Source of the DNA: Syntrophales bacterium
Lineage (GTDB): Bacteria; Desulfobacterota; Syntrophia; Syntrophales; UBA2210
Assembly (NCBI GenBank): GCA_030655735.1
Contig: JAUSPK010000183.1
Coordinates: forward strand, 1 to 44,331
Direction of reading: 5' to 3'
DNA: 44,331 nucleotides
The notes beneath the pieces are model-generated. The model was not told the origin of the DNA and searched no databases. It was given only the letters and a program-made list of their open reading frames with translations. Positions 18,694 through 29,329 of the stretch are shown piece by piece. Made by a program: the position numbers and the translations under genes. Each line of letters opens with the position of its first letter. The stretch's first letter is position 1.

Positions 18694-20109
18694 ATGAATA
18701 GAAACTTGTTTCTTCTACTGGGTGTGATCGTCTTTTCCCTGGGCGGCTGCTCCCTGGCCCCGGAATACAAAAGGCCCGAGGCTCCGATTCCTGCGGATTG
18801 GTCCAGCACCGCTGCCTACAGGGAGCCCGAGGCCTCAACCGGCACCCCGGTCCAGGTCGTGCCGGAGCTGAGGTGGCGGGAGTTCTTTGCCGATGAACGC
18901 CTTCAAAAAATTCTCGAGATTGCCTTGAGCAACAACCGCGATCTGCGCCTCGCGGCCTTGACTGTTGAAAGGGCACGGGCGCTTTACGGCATTCAAAGGG
19001 CGCAGCTGCTGCCGACGGTAGATGCGGTCGGGAGCGGAAGCAGGGAACGCGTACCTGCCGATCTTTCTTCTACCGGGAGCGCTGTGATCTCCGAAAAATA
19101 CGGTGTCAATCTCGGCATCACTTCCTGGGAGATCGACTTTTTCGGTCGTATTCGCAACCTGAAAGATCGGGCGCTGGAAGAATACCTCGCCACGGATCAG
19201 GCCCGCAGCAGTGCGCAAATTTCGCTGGTATCCGCGGTAGCAGGGGCGTATCTGGCCCTGGCTGCGGACCGGGAAGTCCTCACACTTGCGCGGTCCACGA
19301 TGGAAACACAGCAGGCCGCCTACGATTTGATGCAAAAACGTTACGATGTCGGAATCGTGAACGAACTGGAACTACGCCGATCCCAAACACAGGTTGATGC
19401 GGCCCGCGGGGACCTCGCCCGCTACATCCAACAGGTGGCGAAAGATGAAAACGCCTTGAACCTTTTACTTGGTTCACCGGCGCCGAGCAACCTGTTACCG
19501 GTTGATTTGAGCAGTGTCATTCTTCCAAGAAAGATTTCTCCCGGTATGAGCTCCGAGGTTCTTCTCCTCCGCCCCGACATCCTTCAAGCCGAACACCGAC
19601 TTAAAGGGGCCTATGCCAACATCGGTGCCGCCCGTGCTGCTTTCTTCCCCCGCATCTCCCTGACGACCGCCATCGGAACTGCAAGCGCCGATCTGTCGGG
19701 GCTCTTTAAAGACGGATCGAGTACGTGGAGTTTCGCGCCGCGGGTTGCCATACCGATTTTTGATGCCCGCACGTGGTCGGCATACAGGGTGACCAAAGTA
19801 GACAGGGAAATCGCCTTGGCCCAATACGAGAAGGCCATTCAAACGGCCTTCAGAGAAGTGGCCGACACCCTTGCCGAGCGGGGCACGATAGATCAGCAGA
19901 TAGCGGCGCAACAATCCCTGGTACATGCCGTTGCGGAAACCTATCGCCTCTCAAATAAACGCTATGCAAAGGGGATTGACAGCTACCTGGGCGTCCTTGA
20001 TGCGCAGCGATCTCTTTATGCAGCGCAGCAGGGGATCATTGCGCTCCGCCTGGCCAGACTTGCCAACCAGGTGATGCTGTACGCGGTACTGGGTGGAGGG
20101 AGTGAATAA
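18694..20109 (+). CDS. RND efflux outer membrane factor lipoprotein (NodT/OprM family)
   Basis: 471 aa with a lipobox LGGC. NodT-family repeats are present (NNRDLRLAALTVERARA and others). It starts 2 nt after the permease stop. Confidence 0.9.
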   Translation: MNRNLFLLLGVIVFSLGGCSLAPEYKRPEAPIPADWSSTAAYREPEASTGTPVQVVPELRWREFFADERLQKILEIALSNNRDLRLAALTVERARALYGIQRAQLLPTVDAVGSGSRERVPADLSSTGSAVISEKYGVNLGITSWEIDFFGRIRNLKDRALEEYLATDQARSSAQISLVSAVAGAYLALAADREVLTLARSTMETQQAAYDLMQKRYDVGIVNELELRRSQTQVDAARGDLARYIQQVAKDENALNLLLGSPAPSNLLPVDLSSVILPRKISPGMSSEVLLLRPDILQAEHRLKGAYANIGAARAAFFPRISLTTAIGTASADLSGLFKDGSSTWSFAPRVAIPIFDARTWSAYRVTKVDREIALAQYEKAIQTAFREVADTLAERGTIDQQIAAQQSLVHAVAETYRLSNKRYAKGIDSYLGVLDAQRSLYAAQQGIIALRLARLANQVMLYAVLGGGSE

Positions 20110-20160
20110 TTCTCCCCGCTTACGGTAACCGACCAGGGGCAGGGAACAATACGGCGCTTT

Positions 20161-20185
20161 GGACGGGCCGGAAACCGCCCCGTCC
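20161..20185. terminator. Stem-loop between the convergent OMF and transglycosylase genes
   Basis: ggacggg ... cccgtcc with an inner cgg-aaa-ccg helix. It has no strong T-run, so this is a weak intrinsic-terminator call. Confidence 0.3.
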
Positions 20186-20193
20186 TTCATCCG

Positions 20194-20787
20194 TTATACC
20201 CTGTCGGGCCCCGTCTTATAGCGGTTGTAGTAGGAGAAGACCTTCTTGATGTAGAAGTGTGTGGTCTTGAATGGTGGTATACCCTTATATTCCCTGACCT
20301 TTCTGCTTCCGGCGTTGTATGCCGCGAGGGCCATACTGACGTCTCCGTCGAACCGGTCGAGGAGCCGTTTAAAGTATCTAACCCCGCCGTGTATGTTATG
20401 CTCAGGATTAAAGCTGTCCTCCACACCGAGGGCCTTTGCTGTTGCGGGCATGAGCTGCATGAGCCCGCGTGCGCCTCTCCTGGAGATAGCCTTGGGATTG
20501 TAGCTCGATTCCGCCATGATGATGGCCTGTATCAGCGCAGGCTCTACTCCATAGCGATCCGATGCCTCTTGTATAATAGCAAAGAAGCGGGGGTCGACCT
20601 CTCCCGATGAAGAACTTCCCGGTGATTGAAAGGTGGGGGCTGAAGAGACTACTTCACCACTCGATATTTGAAAATGATTGTAACTGCTGAATATCTCTGG
20701 AGAAATTAAAAGCACAACCGTTCCGATGATAAATGCCATCCGGCGCATCGAAGCGGTGTGCCGGCGTAACGGCAAATCCTCGTTCAC
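20194..20787 (-). CDS. Lytic transglycosylase (SLT domain) protein
   Basis: 197 aa with an N-terminal membrane anchor or signal sequence. The SLT catalytic region reads EPALIQAIIMAESSYNPKAISRRGARGLMQLMPATA. Confidence 0.85.
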   Translation of the reverse strand: MNEDLPLRRHTASMRRMAFIIGTVVLLISPEIFSSYNHFQISSGEVVSSAPTFQSPGSSSSGEVDPRFFAIIQEASDRYGVEPALIQAIIMAESSYNPKAISRRGARGLMQLMPATAKALGVEDSFNPEHNIHGGVRYFKRLLDRFDGDVSMALAAYNAGSRKVREYKGIPPFKTTHFYIKKVFSYYNRYKTGPDRV

Positions 20788-20900
20788 GATAACCTCCTGT
20801 AATAACCGAACAGGCCCTTATTTGGTGGCGAGGGTAAAGGAATAGGAGTGATATGTCAAGAAAAAAATGCCTATTTTATGGGAACAACGAGTAATATCGG

Positions 20901-21680
20901 CTAGATAAATGTGCGTACGGGGACGCCTTTTTGCGCCAGATATTCCTTGATTTGGGCCACGGTATAGCGCTGGTAATGGACCATTGAGGCAATGAGTGCC
21001 GCATCTGCGCCCGATGAGTTGAAGACATCATACAGGTGCTGGGGCTCTCCCGCGCCTCCGGACGCGATGACCGGGATAGAAACGGCTTCGGAGAGGAGAG
21101 AGGTCAGGATGAGTTCATACCCCGCGTTCGTGCCGTCCGCGTCGATTGAATTGAGACATATCTCGCCGGCCCCCAGGTCTTGGGCCCGCCGGGCCCACTG
21201 GATGGCATCCATCGCCACCGGCGTTCTCCCGCCATGTATGTATACCTCGTACCCGGAGGGGATAGACGGGGTCTTTTCCACCCTCTTCGCGTCCATCCCC
21301 AGGACGATGCACTGGCTCCCGAATGCTTTGGCTCCCTTGTAGATGAGATCAGGATCCTCGACGGCGGCGGTATTGATGCTGATCTTTTCAGCCCCGGCGG
21401 CCAGGACGCGGTGCATGTCATCCAGGGAGCGTATACCCCCCCCCACCGAGAAGGGGATGAAGATCTCTTTTGCCACGTTCTCGACCACGTCTATAATGAT
21501 ATCCCTTTTATCGGATGAGGCGGTGATGTCGTAGAAGACCAGTTCATCCACGCCCTGTTCGTAATACTGGGCCGCCATGGCAACCGGGTCGCCTATATCG
21601 ACATTCCTCTTGAATTTGATGCCCTTGGTCGTTTTCCCCTCTCTGACATCCAGGCAGATGATGATTCTCTTACTCAGCAT
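20901..21680 (-). CDS. hisF: Imidazole glycerol phosphate synthase cyclase subunit (HisF or HisF paralogue)
   Basis: 259 aa. Near-canonical HisF segments are present: [38 protein letters not shown] and VIASGGAG. It starts 2 nt after the hisH stop. Confidence 0.9.
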   Translation of the reverse strand: MLSKRIIICLDVREGKTTKGIKFKRNVDIGDPVAMAAQYYEQGVDELVFYDITASSDKRDIIIDVVENVAKEIFIPFSVGGGIRSLDDMHRVLAAGAEKISINTAAVEDPDLIYKGAKAFGSQCIVLGMDAKRVEKTPSIPSGYEVYIHGGRTPVAMDAIQWARRAQDLGAGEICLNSIDADGTNAGYELILTSLLSEAVSIPVIASGGAGEPQHLYDVFNSSGADAALIASMVHYQRYTVAQIKEYLAQKGVPVRTFI

Positions 21681-21682
21681 AT

Positions 21683-22297
21683 CTATTCCCTGCCGTTCCA
21701 GCTGCAGAAGTTTTTCAATATCTGCAGACCGTGCCGGCCGCTCTTTTCGAGGTGAAATTGTGTCGCTATGACGTTACCGTGGCCGATTATAGACGCAAAT
21801 ATGAGACCGTAGTCGGTCGTCGCTATGATATCCTCCTGCTTTTCAGGCGCGGGGTAGTACGAGTGAACAAAATAGAACTGTGCCCTCGCGTCCACTCCCT
21901 CGAGGAGGGGATGGGAGCGTGCAATGGATATATCGTTCCACCCCATATGCGGAATCTTGATGCCCTCGGATCGGAACCGCTTCGCCGTGCCGGGGATTAT
22001 CCCCAGGCAGGGAGTGCCGTTATCTTCTTCACTTTCCCCCAGTATAATCTGTGCGCCCAGGCATATTCCGAGGAAGGGCTTCCCCTGCTCGATGGTCTCG
22101 CGGATCACGCCGTCAAGGCCTTCGCGCCGTATGATCTCCATCGCCTCTCCCGCGGCACCGACGCCCGGGAATATCACCCGTTCGGATGCAAGGATCTCAT
22201 CGTGCTGTTTGGTGATCCGGCACTCTACACCGATGTGTCTCAGTGCCCGTGCAACCGACGTCAGATTTCCCGCCTCATAATCGATAATAGCAATCAT
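21683..22297 (-). CDS. hisH: Imidazole glycerol phosphate synthase glutamine amidotransferase subunit (HisH or paralogue)
   Basis: 204 aa. Class I GATase triad context is present: GICLGAQ, HMGWN, FVHSYY and QFHLEKS. It starts 3 nt after the stop of the giant upstream gene. Confidence 0.9.
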   Translation of the reverse strand: MIAIIDYEAGNLTSVARALRHIGVECRITKQHDEILASERVIFPGVGAAGEAMEIIRREGLDGVIRETIEQGKPFLGICLGAQIILGESEEDNGTPCLGIIPGTAKRFRSEGIKIPHMGWNDISIARSHPLLEGVDARAQFYFVHSYYPAPEKQEDIIATTDYGLIFASIIGHGNVIATQFHLEKSGRHGLQILKNFCSWNGRE

Positions 22298-22300
22298 TGT

Positions 22301-25300
22301 TTATTTGCCGTTTTCCAGGGAGTTCATGATGGCCTCCGCGATGACGTTGATTCCTTCACCCAGAAGAAATGCAACGGGGAGGGGGTCGAGATACTCGTCG
22401 TTCCACGAAACGTTGTATTCGTTGATGATATCCCTGATCTGGCCCAACTTGTCGCCGAGGACTGCTTTCTTCTCTGATGAGCTCAGGGCCTCTTTAAAGA
22501 TTATGTGGAGAAGCAGTATCTTGTCTATGAAGGCCTCCCCTTCGATGAGCGAGATAATAACAAGTGGCGCGTGATCGGATTTCCCGAGCCCCGCGTACAC
22601 GTCCCTGGTACTCACTATCGTTTTCTTCGCGCCGCTGAGCGGGATCGAAGTCTCCGCCCGTGACTTCATATGGAGAGAGATACCCCCTCTCTTCTCGATC
22701 AATATGGTGGTCGCCTCTGTCGGCGTTCCTTCATCGTCAAGGCCATCTATGGCATACAGCGTGTAGCCCCGTACATCGGAAATGACCTTCTGTAGCCTCC
22801 CGATGGTGAGGCCGCCCCTGCTTGTCAGGTTGTCGGGCGAGAAGCCGAGGTCCTTCAGCGAATCGAAGATCACACCCCGTGCGGCCTCCTCTTTTCTGCT
22901 GGTCCCTACCGTGACCGTTTTTGCCTGGTGCCTGATTGCGTCTATGGGCCTCGCCAGTTCATCGATGGCCCTGCCGAGGGAGATGTCCAGCATGTCGAGG
23001 GGCGAAGAAGAAACCTGCTTTTCCTTGAAGTCTATACGAAACTCTTCGAGGGGCAGTTTCCCTGAGGCGTATTTGAGCAGGAGTGTGATATCCGATGCCA
23101 CATCAACCCCCAGGGATGAAAAAGATCCAAGGTTTTTGCGGGCATGAAAGGGTGCAGAAAACTCGTCTATCAATTTGTGAAGACCGGGATCTGTCAGCTT
23201 TTCAACGAGAAGACCTTCCTTCGCGTCCAGTTCATCTGTCTTGAGCAGCAGCCTCTTCCTGAAGTCGCGGATAAACTCCCCGTCTTCATTGATGGTGCAG
23301 GCCGCATAATAGCCCCACAGATGTCCGGCCAGGGTGTTCAGGATGACGGACGTCGGAAAGGATGCCTTCGGCACGTGGATCACCGAATCAGCGATGCCGT
23401 CAAAGGCCGTCTCACCTTTGTCCGCGATGACAACCACCGAAGCGGCGTGTGCCTTGAAGATCAAAACCTCCTTGGCGATATCCGCTAGCACATAGTCCGG
23501 TGTCCCGGCGACGCACGCAATGATAAGAGGTTCCGAAGAGAGATCGATATGCTTTTTGTCCTCGACGATATCCGATGAGATCGTCTTGTAACACAGCTCG
23601 CTCAGCTTGATCCGTATCTCGTCCGCGGCAACCTTGTTTGGGCCGCTCCCCACAACCGCCCAGTATCTCTTCCTCCCGGCAAGCGCGCGGGCGGTTTCCC
23701 ATACATGTTCTTTCCCCGCAATCACGAGGTTCATCGCGTCGGGGGCCTTTTTGAGGCTCTCCAATACCCCGGCCGTCAGGTCATCCGGCAGGGTGCCGAG
23801 GGTCTGGGCCAGATAGAGGGCCAGGACATATCCAGCAACGATCTGGGAATAAAATGCCTTTGTCGACGCCACGGACATCTCTATGTCCCGCCCGTCGCTT
23901 GTATAAAAGACGCCGTCCGCCACATGGGTGATATCAGACTGTCTCCGGTTGACGATGGCGATCAGGTGCGCCCCCCGCTCCTTTGCCATGGCCACGGCCC
24001 TGTTGGTGTCGGTCGTTGTCCCGGATTGTGTCACCGCGATAACGAGTGTGTCCTTCATGTCTTCTTCGAGATAGAACCCGCTCAATTCAGATGCCGTCTT
24101 AGCCTCGATCGCGATGCCCAGGCCCTTTATATATGTTGAGAATGCCCCGGCGATCGCCGCGCCCGCCACAGCCGCCGTCCCCTGTCCTATCACGAAAATA
24201 TTTCGTATATCTCCCCGCGAAAGGGCACCCTTCAACCTCTGGGGGATGATATCATCCCCCAGATTGAAGGTTACCTTCGCCTTCCCGTTTCCACTGTAAT
24301 CAATATGGTGTTTGCCCCGCAGGGTCTTTTTGACAGACAAGGGCGCGTCCGTGATTTCCTTCAGGAGAAAGTGGGGATATCCTTTGCGGTCGATATCCCT
24401 CGTGGTGATCTGGGCCCTCTGGATCTTTTCATTCCCGCCTTCGAGGGGGTGCCCGTCATAACAGGATGCATGTCTCCCGCCGCCATCCTCCAGCACATAG
24501 AGCTGGCCCTTTGTCTCGGGCCTGCCGGGTATCCGTTCGACCTCCCCATCCATCTTGATGAAGCGAGGGGTGAGTTCCACGAGTCCGTACACCTCCGAAG
24601 AGAACATGTACTGGTTGTCGCACAGACCGATATAGAGCGACTGGCCGCTCCCCCTCAGTGCGAGGAAGACCTTCCCCGGTTCCAGGTTGCTCTGCATGGC
24701 GATGGCGTGAGATCCCTCAAAATCGTTCAGGGCCAGACGGAACGCCTTCTGAAGATCGCACCCCTCATAAAGATATTTTTCTATCTGAAGGGCGATGATC
24801 TTGGTGTCCGTGGTTACCCGGTGATCTATGAGCTCCGCCCCGTCTGCCTCGATTGATGTCCGAAGAGAGCGGTAGTTGTCTATATCTCCGTTGAGCGCGG
24901 CATGGATCGCCCAGTTGCCGGAGCCGTAGTGGGGATACTTCTTGACGGAGAGCGGGATTCCGGACGAGGTGTCAAGGCTATCTGCCAGGGTGAAATTGTT
25001 CACGGGATGGCAGTTTTCCACATTGATGGCCCCTACGGAGGCCCAGCGTGTGTGGGCGAGGAGCGTTTCATGCCCTGTCCCTCCAGTCATACATGCCCTG
25101 AGTATGTCGTCCGATTGGATCCTTTCCCTCAGATACCGAGTGTTTTCGCCCAAGGCCCCGGTGACGGAGGCCCGCTTGTAGGTAAAGGTCAGGAGCGGAT
25201 CGGTGCCTGAAGACAGGCCGGACAGGGTGATGGCGCCGTCCAGAAGGTCGCCGGGAGTCGTTCTCCTCAGGAAATCTTCATAGAGTCCACCGGCCTTCAG

Positions 25301-26023
25301 GGTCTGCATGATGGTGTCCAGCGACGCTCGATCCTCCGGACAGAATGATATCTCTATCCCCGCAGAGTCCCTCCCCCGGATCTCTATCCGGTCCAGTGAA
25401 TTGAGAAGCAGGTTGACCCTCCAGTATATGCCGAGACCCTCTCCGGACAGGGTCTCGCGTGCGGGACCGGCAAGGCGCATGGTCTTTTCCAGGTTGTCCA
25501 GGATATCCTTTTCCAGCGCCCACGCGGCGTCCTTCAGTACCTCGAGGGCTTCGTTGATGATCTCCATATCGCCCGTGGAAAGCCCGCTCGCGGCCTCCTC
25601 TATCAGGATATCTTCCCCCGACAGGAAGGAGTTCATTGCCTTCGACAGGGCGGTAAGGTCTGAGCTTCCATTGTGAGCGAAGAGGCCCAGTGGATCCTTT
25701 TTGAGGTCGAGGATGAGCCCTTCCAGTCTGTGTAGCAGCTCCCGGCCTCCCAGATAGTTCTGCGGGGCTATGGGGGTGGCGAGGAGGGTCGTGAGATTGT
25801 GTTTCCGGAGCTCTTCAAAGAGGGAGGCAATTGAACCGTCGGTGCGCTTTTCCCGCTGCGGTTTTATCGCGAGGATGCCCGCCAGGCCGCAGGGCAGGGT
25901 CGCCGGGGTCAGCGGAAAGATAATAACGGACCTGACCGGGGCGCGGTTCGGGTTGCGACCGATAAAAACACGCCACCGTTTCAGGCGCCGCAAAACAAGT
26001 GGTATATCTCCAGGTTTGAACAT
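22301..26023 (-). CDS. 1240-aa GlmS-like protein: class II (Ntn) glutamine amidotransferase + two SIS domains, with extra N-terminal, internal and C-terminal segments
   Basis: GlmS-type motifs occur in order: CGLAGIL (Cys at codon 45), RGRDSAG, HTRWASVG, LNGDIDNY, TDTKIIA, then SIS motifs VIGQGTAAVAG and AVTQSGTTTDT, a second SIS region (VVGSGPNKVAADEIRIKLSE), and a GlmS-like tail QAKTVTVG. About 200 further residues follow that tail. Confidence 0.8.
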   Translation of the reverse strand: MFKPGDIPLVLRRLKRWRVFIGRNPNRAPVRSVIIFPLTPATLPCGLAGILAIKPQREKRTDGSIASLFEELRKHNLTTLLATPIAPQNYLGGRELLHRLEGLILDLKKDPLGLFAHNGSSDLTALSKAMNSFLSGEDILIEEAASGLSTGDMEIINEALEVLKDAAWALEKDILDNLEKTMRLAGPARETLSGEGLGIYWRVNLLLNSLDRIEIRGRDSAGIEISFCPEDRASLDTIMQTLKAGGLYEDFLRRTTPGDLLDGAITLSGLSSGTDPLLTFTYKRASVTGALGENTRYLRERIQSDDILRACMTGGTGHETLLAHTRWASVGAINVENCHPVNNFTLADSLDTSSGIPLSVKKYPHYGSGNWAIHAALNGDIDNYRSLRTSIEADGAELIDHRVTTDTKIIALQIEKYLYEGCDLQKAFRLALNDFEGSHAIAMQSNLEPGKVFLALRGSGQSLYIGLCDNQYMFSSEVYGLVELTPRFIKMDGEVERIPGRPETKGQLYVLEDGGGRHASCYDGHPLEGGNEKIQRAQITTRDIDRKGYPHFLLKEITDAPLSVKKTLRGKHHIDYSGNGKAKVTFNLGDDIIPQRLKGALSRGDIRNIFVIGQGTAAVAGAAIAGAFSTYIKGLGIAIEAKTASELSGFYLEEDMKDTLVIAVTQSGTTTDTNRAVAMAKERGAHLIAIVNRRQSDITHVADGVFYTSDGRDIEMSVASTKAFYSQIVAGYVLALYLAQTLGTLPDDLTAGVLESLKKAPDAMNLVIAGKEHVWETARALAGRKRYWAVVGSGPNKVAADEIRIKLSELCYKTISSDIVEDKKHIDLSSEPLIIACVAGTPDYVLADIAKEVLIFKAHAASVVVIADKGETAFDGIADSVIHVPKASFPTSVILNTLAGHLWGYYAACTINEDGEFIRDFRKRLLLKTDELDAKEGLLVEKLTDPGLHKLIDEFSAPFHARKNLGSFSSLGVDVASDITLLLKYASGKLPLEEFRIDFKEKQVSSSPLDMLDISLGRAIDELARPIDAIRHQAKTVTVGTSRKEEAARGVIFDSLKDLGFSPDNLTSRGGLTIGRLQKVISDVRGYTLYAIDGLDDEGTPTEATTILIEKRGGISLHMKSRAETSIPLSGAKKTIVSTRDVYAGLGKSDHAPLVIISLIEGEAFIDKILLLHIIFKEALSSSEKKAVLGDKLGQIRDIINEYNVSWNDEYLDPLPVAFLLGEGINVIAEAIMNSLENGK

Positions 26024-26076
26024 GACTGATATCCCGTGTAAAGCTTCTCCCGTTAGCCCCTAGTGGACTGGCTCCC

Positions 26077-27684
26077 TTAACCCTTGTTGGTGTTGTACTT
26101 TAAGGAGGCCCGTATAAATTCCGTGAAGAGCGGATGGGGCCTTCTCGGTTTTGATTTGAATTCGGGATGGAACTGGCAGCCCAGAAACCACGGATGATCA
26201 GCGATCTCGACTATCTCAACGAGGTTCCCATCGGGGGCGGACCCGCTTATGCGCAGTCCCCCTTTGGTAAGGACATCTTTATAGTCGTTGTTGAATTCAT
26301 ACCGGTGCCGGTGCCGTTCACTGATCTTCTTGTGTCCGTATGCCTCGGACGCGAAGGAGGGCTTTTCGAGAACACAGGGGTAAGCCCCCAGCCGCATGGT
26401 TCCCCCCTTATCAGAGATCTCTCTCTGTTCAGGAAGGAAGTCGATCACCGGATTCGGCGTATCGGCGTCGAATTCAGTGCTGTTGGACTTTTCCAGTTTG
26501 CAGACATTCCGTGCGTATTCAATCACCGCCATCTGCATCCCCAGGCAGATTCCAAAGAAGGGAATCCCCTGTGTCCGCGCGTAGGTGACCGTCTGAATCA
26601 TCCCCTCTATACCCCGTTTTCCGAATCCCCCCGGCACCAGGATGCCGTCGATGTCGTCAAATTGACTGTCGATCCCCGTCTGCTCTAAGTGTTCCGAGTC
26701 AATGAACCGGAGCGTAACACGGCACTCGCTGGGGAGGCCGCCGTGGACCAGCGCCTCATTCAGACTCTTGTAAGAGTCCTTCCAGTCGACATATTTCCCC
26801 ACTATGGCAATGATAACCTCGTGAGAGGGATTTTTCAGTTTGCGAAGCACCTCTTCCCAATCACTAAGGTCCGGCTGGCCGGTCCAGATATTGAGAAGAT
26901 CGACGATCTTCTGATCCACCCCTTCCTGATGATATATGATGGGAACTTCGTAGATGTACTCCACGTCCTTGGCGGTGAAGACCGCCCCCGGTTCCACGTT
27001 GCAGAAGAGGGATATCTTCTCCCGGATCTCTTTCGACAGGAACTCCTCCGTCCGGCACAGGAGGATGTCGGGCTGGATGCCGATCTCCCGGAGGGCCTTG
27101 ACGCTGTGCTGGGTGGGTTTTGACTTCACTTCTCCGGCGGCCTTGAGGTAGGGGACCCAGGTGAGATGAATGAATATCGCATTTTCTTTCCCCACTTCAT
27201 TCTTGAACTGCCGTATGGCCTCCAGAAAGGGGAGGCTTTCGATATCTCCGACGGTCCCCCCGATCTCCACGATGGCCACATCGCTATCGTTTGCCGCCGC
27301 CTTGATATAATCCTTTATCTCATTGGTAATATGGGGGATTACCTGAACGGTGCCCCCCAGATACTCCCCGCGCCGCTCCTTTGATATGACCGAGAAGTAT
27401 ACCTGCCCGGTGGTCAGGTTGTTTTCCTTGCCGAGGTGGCTGTCGGTGAAGCGCTCGTAATGTCCCAGGTCCAGATCGGTTTCCGTGCCGTCATCGGTCA
27501 CGAAGACCTCTCCATGCTGGAAGGGGTTCATTGTTCCGGGATCGACGTTGATGTAGGGATCCAGTTTTTGATGAGCGATCTTAAGCCCCCGGCTTTCCAG
27601 GAGGGCTCCTATGGAGGCTGCCGCAAGACCCTTGCCGAGGGAGGAAAGCACACCGCCGGTGATAAAGATAAATTTCGTTCGCAT
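26077..27684 (-). CDS. pyrG: CTP synthase
   Basis: 535 aa. The N-terminus is [19 protein letters not shown], the GATase region reads [16 protein letters not shown], and QFHPEFKS is also present. Confidence 0.95.
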   Translation of the reverse strand: MRTKFIFITGGVLSSLGKGLAAASIGALLESRGLKIAHQKLDPYINVDPGTMNPFQHGEVFVTDDGTETDLDLGHYERFTDSHLGKENNLTTGQVYFSVISKERRGEYLGGTVQVIPHITNEIKDYIKAAANDSDVAIVEIGGTVGDIESLPFLEAIRQFKNEVGKENAIFIHLTWVPYLKAAGEVKSKPTQHSVKALREIGIQPDILLCRTEEFLSKEIREKISLFCNVEPGAVFTAKDVEYIYEVPIIYHQEGVDQKIVDLLNIWTGQPDLSDWEEVLRKLKNPSHEVIIAIVGKYVDWKDSYKSLNEALVHGGLPSECRVTLRFIDSEHLEQTGIDSQFDDIDGILVPGGFGKRGIEGMIQTVTYARTQGIPFFGICLGMQMAVIEYARNVCKLEKSNSTEFDADTPNPVIDFLPEQREISDKGGTMRLGAYPCVLEKPSFASEAYGHKKISERHRHRYEFNNDYKDVLTKGGLRISGSAPDGNLVEIVEIADHPWFLGCQFHPEFKSKPRRPHPLFTEFIRASLKYNTNKG

Positions 27685-27802
27685 ATATTTGCCTTCCCTT
27701 GTCTGTGTTGCCGTAAATAATCATGGGACCCGGCTTATGTCAATATACTTTTTCTCGCAATGTCCAGGACCCCCGACGTGCTGCTGTCAGACGACTGTCA
27801 CC

Positions 27803-29305
27803 TTACGCGGGAAGATCGGCATAATCGGTCTGAATCGCCCCGCGGGGGCAGACGGCGGTACAGGTGTAACAGAGCAGGCACTTCGATTCATCTATGGTAA
27901 AGACCTCCCCGTTGCGTGTTATCGCCTCCTGGGGGCAGTTCTCAATGCATTTATCACAGAGGATGCAGGTGCCGCAGCTGATACATCGTTCGATATCACC
28001 TGCTTCTCCGCCGAAATATACGGTGCGGATCCTGTTTTTGGAAACCGGGTTCTTCTTCGGATATAGAAATTCTTCGTTATTGAGAGAAGCATGGATCTGC
28101 ATGGCCGCCAGGCGTCCCATCCCGATCGCGTCGCTTATGAGTCCGGGCGCGATGATATCTCCCGCCCCGTACACCTTTGGATCGCTGCTCCGGAAGGACT
28201 TTTCGCCCGTTACCATGTAGCCACGCTCATCCAAAAAGACCGATTCAGGGAGAAACGAGGTGTCCGGTGCCTCGCCGATGCTGAAAAAGATGACATCGGC
28301 CTTTATGGTGGTTTTGTCGGTGAGGTAGATGGTCTTGGCTGTAACCTTCTCTACCTTTTTCGGCCACAGGATCTGTGTCCCAAGACTGGTTGCCATCTCC
28401 AGTTCCTTCCCGAATGCCAGGGGTTTCTGGATATCGAGGGCTGTCACCTTTTTCGCGCCCATCCGCCAGGATTCGCAGGCCATATCCATGCCGACGTTCC
28501 CCGCGCCTATGATGACCACCTCGCGTCCGCTCAGGTCCATCGGTTTCCCATCGTTGATGTCCATCAGAAATTGCAGGCCCGACAGGATTCTCTCGCCGCC
28601 CGGATACGGGATCCTCTTTGTCAGCTGTGCGCCCGTGGTGACCAGGACGGCATCGCTCTCATCATGGAGTTTCTGAAGGGTATCACGGTCTATAGTCTGG
28701 TTTTTCTGCAGTTCTATCGGCAGGGAGAAGATCCGGGCAATATCTCTATCCAGGGCCTCGTCGGAGAGGCGATCTCTGGGTATTGCCCGCCGTACCTTTC
28801 CCCCGGGGTTATTCCCGGAGTCGTATATCCTGACACGGTACCCGCGCCTCGAGAGCTGCCATGCCGCCGACAGACCGGCAGGGCCTGCGCCTATGATGGA
28901 GATCAGCTCCTCCCTTTTCTTTCCGAGCATTTTCGGCGCGAAATCGGGGTAATATTCCCTGGCAACCCGCTGGATTTCAACGGGGCCGTCCAGCATATTT
29001 CTGCTGCACCCGTCCATACAGGGGGCTGGGCAGACCGTACCGCATACCGACATCCTGAAGGGGGTGTACTCATCCATCAGGGTCTGGGCTTCGATGATCT
29101 TTTCGTCTTTGATCAGGTTCAGAAAGATCGGCGTGGGAATTCCGGTCGGACAGTTATAGGCGCACGGCGGGGTGAGATCGACGTGGAGGGGTTTGCTGGT
29201 CTTTATGTTCATCCCCGGGGTGTAGAGTTTACCAAAAGGTCGGGCGCCCTTCTTGGTGATTTTGGTAAAGTCGCCGGGGGAAATCCGTGTAAGATCTATC
29301 TCCAT
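27803..29305 (-). CDS. GltD-like NAD(P)H-dependent FAD oxidoreductase subunit with C-terminal 2x[4Fe-4S] ferredoxin domain
   Basis: 500 aa. N-terminal Cys clusters are present (CAYNCPTG, CGTVCPAPCMDGC). The dinucleotide fold is IIGAGPAGLSAAWQLSRRG with a second VVIIGAGNVGMD. The C-terminus carries CISCGTCILCDKCIENCP and CLLCYTCTAVCP. Confidence 0.85.
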   Translation of the reverse strand: MEIDLTRISPGDFTKITKKGARPFGKLYTPGMNIKTSKPLHVDLTPPCAYNCPTGIPTPIFLNLIKDEKIIEAQTLMDEYTPFRMSVCGTVCPAPCMDGCSRNMLDGPVEIQRVAREYYPDFAPKMLGKKREELISIIGAGPAGLSAAWQLSRRGYRVRIYDSGNNPGGKVRRAIPRDRLSDEALDRDIARIFSLPIELQKNQTIDRDTLQKLHDESDAVLVTTGAQLTKRIPYPGGERILSGLQFLMDINDGKPMDLSGREVVIIGAGNVGMDMACESWRMGAKKVTALDIQKPLAFGKELEMATSLGTQILWPKKVEKVTAKTIYLTDKTTIKADVIFFSIGEAPDTSFLPESVFLDERGYMVTGEKSFRSSDPKVYGAGDIIAPGLISDAIGMGRLAAMQIHASLNNEEFLYPKKNPVSKNRIRTVYFGGEAGDIERCISCGTCILCDKCIENCPQEAITRNGEVFTIDESKCLLCYTCTAVCPRGAIQTDYADLPA

Positions 29306-29329
29306 ATCCCGGGCGTATTCCGCCAGCGC

